From NCBI GenBank assembly GCA_965225855.1, contig CBDDCK010000001.1, forward strand, positions 160,001-224,000: a DNA stretch of 64,000 nt, in the 5' to 3' direction. The notes beneath the pieces are model-generated. The model was not told the origin of the DNA. It saw nothing but the letters and a program-made list of their open reading frames with translations, and did no database searches. Below are positions 58,987 to 64,000 of the stretch, piece after piece (within the stretch, counting starts at the first letter, position 1; each line of letters starts with the position of its first letter). Source of the DNA: Spirochaetia bacterium. GTDB taxonomy: Bacteria > Spirochaetota > Spirochaetia > SP-2023. The position numbers and the translations under genes are program-made.

Positions 58987-59650
58987 TTACTGGAAAAATT
59001 CCATAATCTCTTGGGCATGGCCAGCGATACGTGTGGCACCACTGGAAAGCAATTCTTGCTTTGTGCCAAAGCCGTAAGTGACCCCAATACGCACCCAAAA
59101 GTTAAGCTGTTTGCCAGCACTCATATCATACGATCGATCGCCAATAATAACGCTTTGTTCGGATTGGCAGCTATATTTTTGACAAAGCTCTTGTAATAAA
59201 TCACTTTTTTGATGAGGGCGTTCATCTAAGTGGGCACCAATCAAATCACAAAGCATAGCATCATAATTTAGATATTCCATTACTTTGCGAGCAATAGGTT
59301 CTGGTTTAGAAGTACAGATAAAAATGCGTTTGCCTTGATCATTCAATTTACGTAGCAATTCATCGACCCCATCATATATTAGGAAATCTTTGTAATAAAT
59401 TTCTTGATACGTTTTTTGGAAAGTCGAAATATATTCATCAACTTTATTTTTGTCTTCACTACCAATTAAACGTGGAACAGTAAGGCCCAGCGGCGGACCT
59501 ATGGTCCAACTAAGGCCATCTTCTGCCAAAATTTTTAGACTATTTAGATAACCCAATTGTTCCAGAGAGGAAGTATGCGCACACAAAAGCCCCGGTTCTG
59601 AATTAATAATTGTACCATCTAAATCAAAGAAAAAGTTTTGTAATTCGCAT
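58987..59650 (-). CDS. HAD-family hydrolase (phosphoglycolate-phosphatase-like), apparent +1 frameshift near the 5' end
   Basis: FFFDLDGTIINSEPG is in frame upstream of the tracked start; IGPPL, TSKPE and IGDR motifs; the upstream ATGs are out of frame. Confidence 0.8.
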
Positions 59651-59703
59651 AGATGTAGGTTCGGCCATTATCAGCTGTAAACTAAGCGAATTTTTATATA
59701 TCA

Positions 59704-60030
59704 CTATGGGCTATTTTGTATGCAGAAACGAACTTTGAGCACGTAAGGGTGAGGGTGTCCGGCTGCTTTCAAAGTGGCTTCCAAAGCAGGCAACCATTGG
59801 TTTTGCCTTAGCTTTAACTCTTGTAAAAACACTGAATGAGGAACTGCAATACATAATTGTTTGCATTCTAAGCTGATGACTGAGCTGTTGTCTACCAGTG
59901 TATCCAACCCTAAGTCTCGTAGGACTTGAGGCCATATAGCATAGACATTGGGTTCTTGTATCTGTGCTTGCTGGGCAATAATTGGTTGCTGGTGCAACAA
60001 TTGATCTATGAGTTCTTTTGAGTTTTTCAT
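59704..60030 (-). CDS. DUF721/DciA-family protein
   Basis: W-containing segment, L.IAVPHSVFLQEL; immediately downstream of recF. Confidence 0.75.
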   Translation of the reverse strand: MKNSKELIDQLLHQQPIIAQQAQIQEPNVYAIWPQVLRDLGLDTLVDNSSVISLECKQLCIAVPHSVFLQELKLRQNQWLPALEATLKAAGHPHPYVLKVRFCIQNSP

Positions 60031-60058
60031 TGAATACCTTCGATTAAGCTAATGATTA

Positions 60059-61183
60059 TTACTCTCTCAATCGTCCATTTTCTAGGTATAGTACTTGATA
60101 ATTGGTAAATGGATACGATTGATAATTCTCATTAGGTAATAATGTAAAGAATACTTGCTGGTGCAATGGTAAACTAGCTAAAAACAATTTACGCCTTAGG
60201 TCATCCATTTCGAGCAGCACATCGTCTAGCAAAAGCACACTAGAATACGCTGCCTTTTGTTGTAAATAATTAGCTTGCGTACTTTTTAAAGCTAAGGCAG
60301 CCAAGCGCAATTGCCCTGTAGATGCCAACTTAGTAAAGTCCAATGGAGCTTGATTCTCGCCTTTATACACCAAGAATTGTAGGCAATCGCGCTGGGGACC
60401 ACTCTGACTAGAACCTAGTAAAACCTCGCGTTGCTGCCGTTGTTCCAAGTATTCCAAACAACGTTGTAATGCTTGTTCTTTGGTTTGATCGGTTTCTAAC
60501 TGGGGCCAAGAAGCCTGATATTCAATGGAAACACGGTGCTCAAAGTTGGAAACATACTGGAACAATTCGGAAAATGTCTGGGAAAGCTGAGCTATATGCT
60601 TTAGGCGGCGTTGTTGTATTTCTAGGCCCGACTCCACCATTTGCAGGGTATATGTAGCTAACAATGCAAGTTGTTTATCTTTTATAATTTTGTTGCGCTG
60701 CAGCAAACTGCGGTTATAACGGCGCGAAAGGTCTACATAGCTGGGCTCAAGCAAGCTAATAGTTTGGTCGATAAACTGGCGTTTATCCCGTGGACTGCCT
60801 TTAATGTAAGCAATGTCTCCATGGGCAAAAATGATACTAGGCGCAATTTGCAACAGCTCTTTGCGGTCTTGCAGCTTTTTACCATCTAGGTTAATCGTCT
60901 TTTTCCCAGCAGAGCTGCGTTCATACTGTACTTGAATCTCATATTGTTGGCTATCTTGTCGAACTCTTCCACTCAAGGCAAAAGGCTTGTCAGTTTGACG
61001 CAAACAGTGCTCTAATTGCTTTTCTCTAAATGAAGAACCATAGCTTAATAGGTACAATCCCTCCAGAAAAGAGCTTTTGCCTGCACCATTCTCGCCCACT
61101 AAATAGTAGACATCTTCGCTCAATTTTACTTCATTGTCCAACAGATTACGGAAGTTGTAAAAGCGTATACTTTGATAAGCCAT
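60059..61183 (-). CDS. recF: DNA replication/repair protein RecF
   Basis: NFRNL, GENGAGKS, SFR, GPQRD, ASTGQ, LLLDDVLLEMD; probable ATG at 61183. Confidence 0.94.
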   Translation of the reverse strand: MAYQSIRFYNFRNLLDNEVKLSEDVYYLVGENGAGKSSFLEGLYLLSYGSSFREKQLEHCLRQTDKPFALSGRVRQDSQQYEIQVQYERSSAGKKTINLDGKKLQDRKELLQIAPSIIFAHGDIAYIKGSPRDKRQFIDQTISLLEPSYVDLSRRYNRSLLQRNKIIKDKQLALLATYTLQMVESGLEIQQRRLKHIAQLSQTFSELFQYVSNFEHRVSIEYQASWPQLETDQTKEQALQRCLEYLEQRQQREVLLGSSQSGPQRDCLQFLVYKGENQAPLDFTKLASTGQLRLAALALKSTQANYLQQKAAYSSVLLLDDVLLEMDDLRRKLFLASLPLHQQVFFTLLPNENYQSYPFTNYQVLYLENGRLRE

Positions 61184-61338
61184 TTTAAGCAATGTAAAGA
61201 GTGTTTCTTTTAAGCACAAGACTATTATTCCACCCTGCAAAACTAGAACAAGACAAGATTCTTGCCCAACGTTCTATACTGAAAGTTGAAAGAAATCTAA
61301 TATTGTTTTGCAAAACTGCTGAAATTGGGGAGAGCCTT

Positions 61339-62109
61339 TTATTTGTGCCCAGTGCGTAAGATAATAATATCTACGCGTTCTGCTTTGACATCTCTACCGG
61401 GAACAGGTTCTGTACGCCTCTCACCATTTTTATCCAAACCTAAAAAATGTTCTGGTATTGGGGCTTTATCAGCAAAACCAGCAACTTCAAAATTGTCATC
61501 GCGAATCCCAAGATTGACTAAATGCTGTAATACAACTACAGCTCGCGCAACGGAAAGTTCCCAGTTTGTGGCGTAAGGCTCATCGGGAGCTAAACTGTTG
61601 GTATGGCCTTCCACACGGAAATTTCGGCTTGCCAATTCAGGGGAACTAAGCAAACTCGCTAACCGTTGTAAAATCGGCCTAGACTGGGATATATCTAGTT
61701 TTGCTGTTTTACCGATAAAATATAGATCACCAGTCAAAGAGATGATTAGTCCTCGTTGATCTTGTGTAATCACTACCTGCTCTCTACGATTCTCCGTTTT
61801 AAAAATATTGACAGCTTTTTGACGAGCTTTATCTAAACGGCGCAAAGGCGTAACCGAAGGCAAGGCCATCACTTCATTGCCCAATTCAGCAAGAGGACCC
61901 GACTCTAAAGTATTACCACCTTGTAACACCCCCATATTGTTAAGACTAGCCATAATGAGTTGCAATCTTTGAGTTTCTTCAATTGGAGGGTTTATTAAAA
62001 GGACGAAAAAACACAACAACAGAGTAACCATATCCCCATAAGTGGCCATCCACTCGGGTAACCCTCTTTTACATTTATGCTTTTTTTGTGGTAAATCATC
62101 GTCATCCAT
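61339..62109 (-). CDS. motB: Flagellar motor stator MotB
   Basis: WMATYGDMVTLLLCFFVLL, VEGHT, NWELSVARA. Confidence 0.95.
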   Translation of the reverse strand: MDDDDLPQKKHKCKRGLPEWMATYGDMVTLLLCFFVLLINPPIEETQRLQLIMASLNNMGVLQGGNTLESGPLAELGNEVMALPSVTPLRRLDKARQKAVNIFKTENRREQVVITQDQRGLIISLTGDLYFIGKTAKLDISQSRPILQRLASLLSSPELASRNFRVEGHTNSLAPDEPYATNWELSVARAVVVLQHLVNLGIRDDNFEVAGFADKAPIPEHFLGLDKNGERRTEPVPGRDVKAERVDIIILRTGHK

Positions 62110-62142
62110 TACCCATAATCCTTTTTATTTATGCCTTTATAT

Positions 62143-62919
62143 TTAGAACTCTCCTAGATCACTGGGTCTCATGCTAGGAGCTAGAAACGAATATAATTTC
62201 GTTTCCAAAATTTTAGGGTTCTCGCCACCAGCAATCCCCATAATACCTTCTACTATAATGTCGTATTTTAACATTTCATCGGCATTGCGATCTTCCAATT
62301 TATTTTGAAAAGGTATCAGCCAAGCGTTTGCCAAAATCGAACCATATAATGTTGTAATCAAAGCCACAGCCATGTTCGGGCCCAAAGATGCCGCATCACT
62401 CAAGTTGGCAAGTAAACCAACCAAACCTAACAAAGTGCCAATCATTCCAAATGCGGGACCTAAAGATGCCCAGCGACCAAAAAAAGCAGCGCCAGAAGCA
62501 TGCCGTTCTTCTGTCTTCGATTGTTGACAATATAGCATTTTTTTGACAATTGCTGAGTCTGTACCGTCAACGATCATACGCATACCATTACGCAAAAAAG
62601 GGTCTTCAATATCATTTACCACATCATCAAGAGAAAGCAAACCTTCCTTACGGGCAGTTTCAGCAAAACCTATCAATTGAGTGATGGTTACTTCATAATT
62701 ATTTATTTGTAAATTACTTGCAATTTTACAATACTGCATGAAATTTTTGGTAATTAATTCTAATGGTGAAGTGGTAATCATAGCAGCAAATGAACCACCA
62801 ATAACGATCAATACAGATGGCATATCGACGTATAATAAAATCGAGTTTCCACCAATTAAGATACCGGTAATCACTAAAGCAAAGGTTAAAAACAAACCAG
62901 CTAATGTAGCTATATCCAT
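62143..62919 (-). CDS. motA: Flagellar motor stator MotA
   Basis: MDIATLAG, ARKEGLLSL, PAFGMIGTLLGL, VALITTLYG. Confidence 0.96.
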   Translation of the reverse strand: MDIATLAGLFLTFALVITGILIGGNSILLYVDMPSVLIVIGGSFAAMITTSPLELITKNFMQYCKIASNLQINNYEVTITQLIGFAETARKEGLLSLDDVVNDIEDPFLRNGMRMIVDGTDSAIVKKMLYCQQSKTEERHASGAAFFGRWASLGPAFGMIGTLLGLVGLLANLSDAASLGPNMAVALITTLYGSILANAWLIPFQNKLEDRNADEMLKYDIIVEGIMGIAGGENPKILETKLYSFLAPSMRPSDLGEF

Positions 62920-62998
62920 GTAAATCCCCCTTAAAATCCCATACTTAATACTATTATAAAAACATAGCTAACTAATTTTTAATAAGTCTGCCAAAACA

Positions 62999-63205
62999 TC
63001 AAGTTTCATTTTTAAAAATACCGATGTTTCGGCGATATAAAATTATTCGCTTAATCACCGTTTCAACAGTTTCCATAACACGCAACCGCTTACCAGATAG
63101 CATAACCAAAGTAGGATTATGCTCATCTTTTTCAATATATTCTATTTGGTGCGGGTTGATAAATATCTCTTGTCTTTGAGTTCCCAAAAGCGTAACTTTT
63201 ACCAC
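62999..63205 (-). CDS. flbD: Flagellar protein FlbD
   Basis: VKVT.L...FINPHQIEYIE..P.LVMLSGK..V.E; lies between flgE and motA; probable GTG start at 63205. Confidence 0.88.
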   Translation of the reverse strand: MVKVTLLGTQRQEIFINPHQIEYIEKDEHNPTLVMLSGKRLRVMETVETVIKRIILYRRNIGIFKNET

Positions 63206-63261
63206 AGAAGTTTTTTCAATAGTATACAAGAACAGAAAGAAATAATAAAATGCTGTATAAA

Positions 63262-64000
63262 TTAACGTTTAAGGGTCAACAATTCTTGAAGCAGCTGATC
63301 AGAAGTTTGAATCGTACGGCTATTAGCCTGAAAACCTCGTTGAGTCGTAATCATATCTACAAATTCCTGGGCCAAATCCACATTACTCATTTCAAGGGTA
63401 CCCGAAGAAATACCTCCTTTACCTGCTGTTAAAGCCTCTCCAACCCTAGCTTCACCTGAATTGACTGTTTGCATAAAATTATTATTGCCTACTTTTTCCA
63501 AACCGCCAGGATTGGTAAAAGTAGCCATTGCAACTTGTGCTAGAGTTTTACGGATACCATTATCGTAAATACCCGTGACCACACCCCGATTGTCAATTTC
63601 ATACTGTGTTAGGTAGCCCAATTTATAACCATTTTGACGAACCGCCTTGGAAGACCCAGCTGCACTATCTTGAGTAAGAGAATCATTAAAATCACCTACA
63701 TCTCCAGCATCAATCTGCATTACCTGGCGCTGCGGTGCACCCGCTGCATCGAGATTAGAATCTTGCACATCGTATGCCAATTGCAAACTTAAATTGAAAC
63801 CCGTAACAGGCGCCCCATTGGCATCAACCGCACCCTCAACAATATTTCCCGCCGGATCGGTAATTTGCTGAATACCACCACTATTATCAAATTGAACAGT
63901 AAAAGTATTTCCAGCCCCTGCAGCAGGAGGCGCAACACCAATACCAATAGCAGTATTGCCACCATCGGTAACAATACCTTGAGCATCAGTCGTTGGATCG
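63262..64000 (-). CDS. flgE: Flagellar hook protein FlgE (C-terminal part; runs off the window end)
   Basis: Frame open to the window end; QNGY, FTNPGGLEK, LEMSNVDLAQEFVDMITTQRGFQANSRTI. Confidence 0.95.
   Translation of the reverse strand, partial: DPTTDAQGIVTDGGNTAIGIGVAPPAAGAGNTFTVQFDNSGGIQQITDPAGNIVEGAVDANGAPVTGFNLSLQLAYDVQDSNLDAAGAPQRQVMQIDAGDVGDFNDSLTQDSAAGSSKAVRQNGYKLGYLTQYEIDNRGVVTGIYDNGIRKTLAQVAMATFTNPGGLEKVGNNNFMQTVNSGEARVGEALTAGKGGISSGTLEMSNVDLAQEFVDMITTQRGFQANSRTIQTSDQLLQELLTLKR

Noticed and set aside
59704..61340. Replication origin near recF
   Set aside because: No dnaA/dnaN and no cluster of DnaA boxes noticed in the adjacent short spacers.

Overview
Chromosomal segment of an AT-rich bacterium that is very probably a spirochaete. 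This is inferred from the flgE-flbD-motA-motB gene order, a spirochaete-type V-ATPase operon (E-C/DUF2764-A-B-D-I-K), an Rrp2/NtrC-like activator, a DUF5312-like protein and many lipoproteins. Most of the window is housekeeping genes in shuffled order: tyrS, tRNA-Cys, dut, pyrH, lipB, asnB, manC, ruvC, pfkA, gyrA, nadE, recF/dciA and a thiamine-precursor ABC system. The most unusual content is two accessory islands about 35 kb apart (about 11.8-15.25 kb and 47.35-50.5 kb). Each carries a paralogous modular surface lipoprotein built from about 120-aa repeats. The repeats share nucleotide-invariant blocks, and the segments between them are a patchwork. The two genes share an about 200-bp leader with a sharp homology boundary and are flanked by non-coding DNA packed with hairpins and tandem or inverted repeats. 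This is a candidate recombination-driven surface-antigen diversification system. Also found: a restriction-endonuclease remnant missed by the ORF track, two adjacent decayed genes at 25.4-27.3 kb, a 5'-frameshifted HAD gene and a possible GTPase-less SelB-like protein. No transposase, integrase, reverse transcriptase or CRISPR array was seen. All family assignments come from motif recognition by eye; no database search was run.
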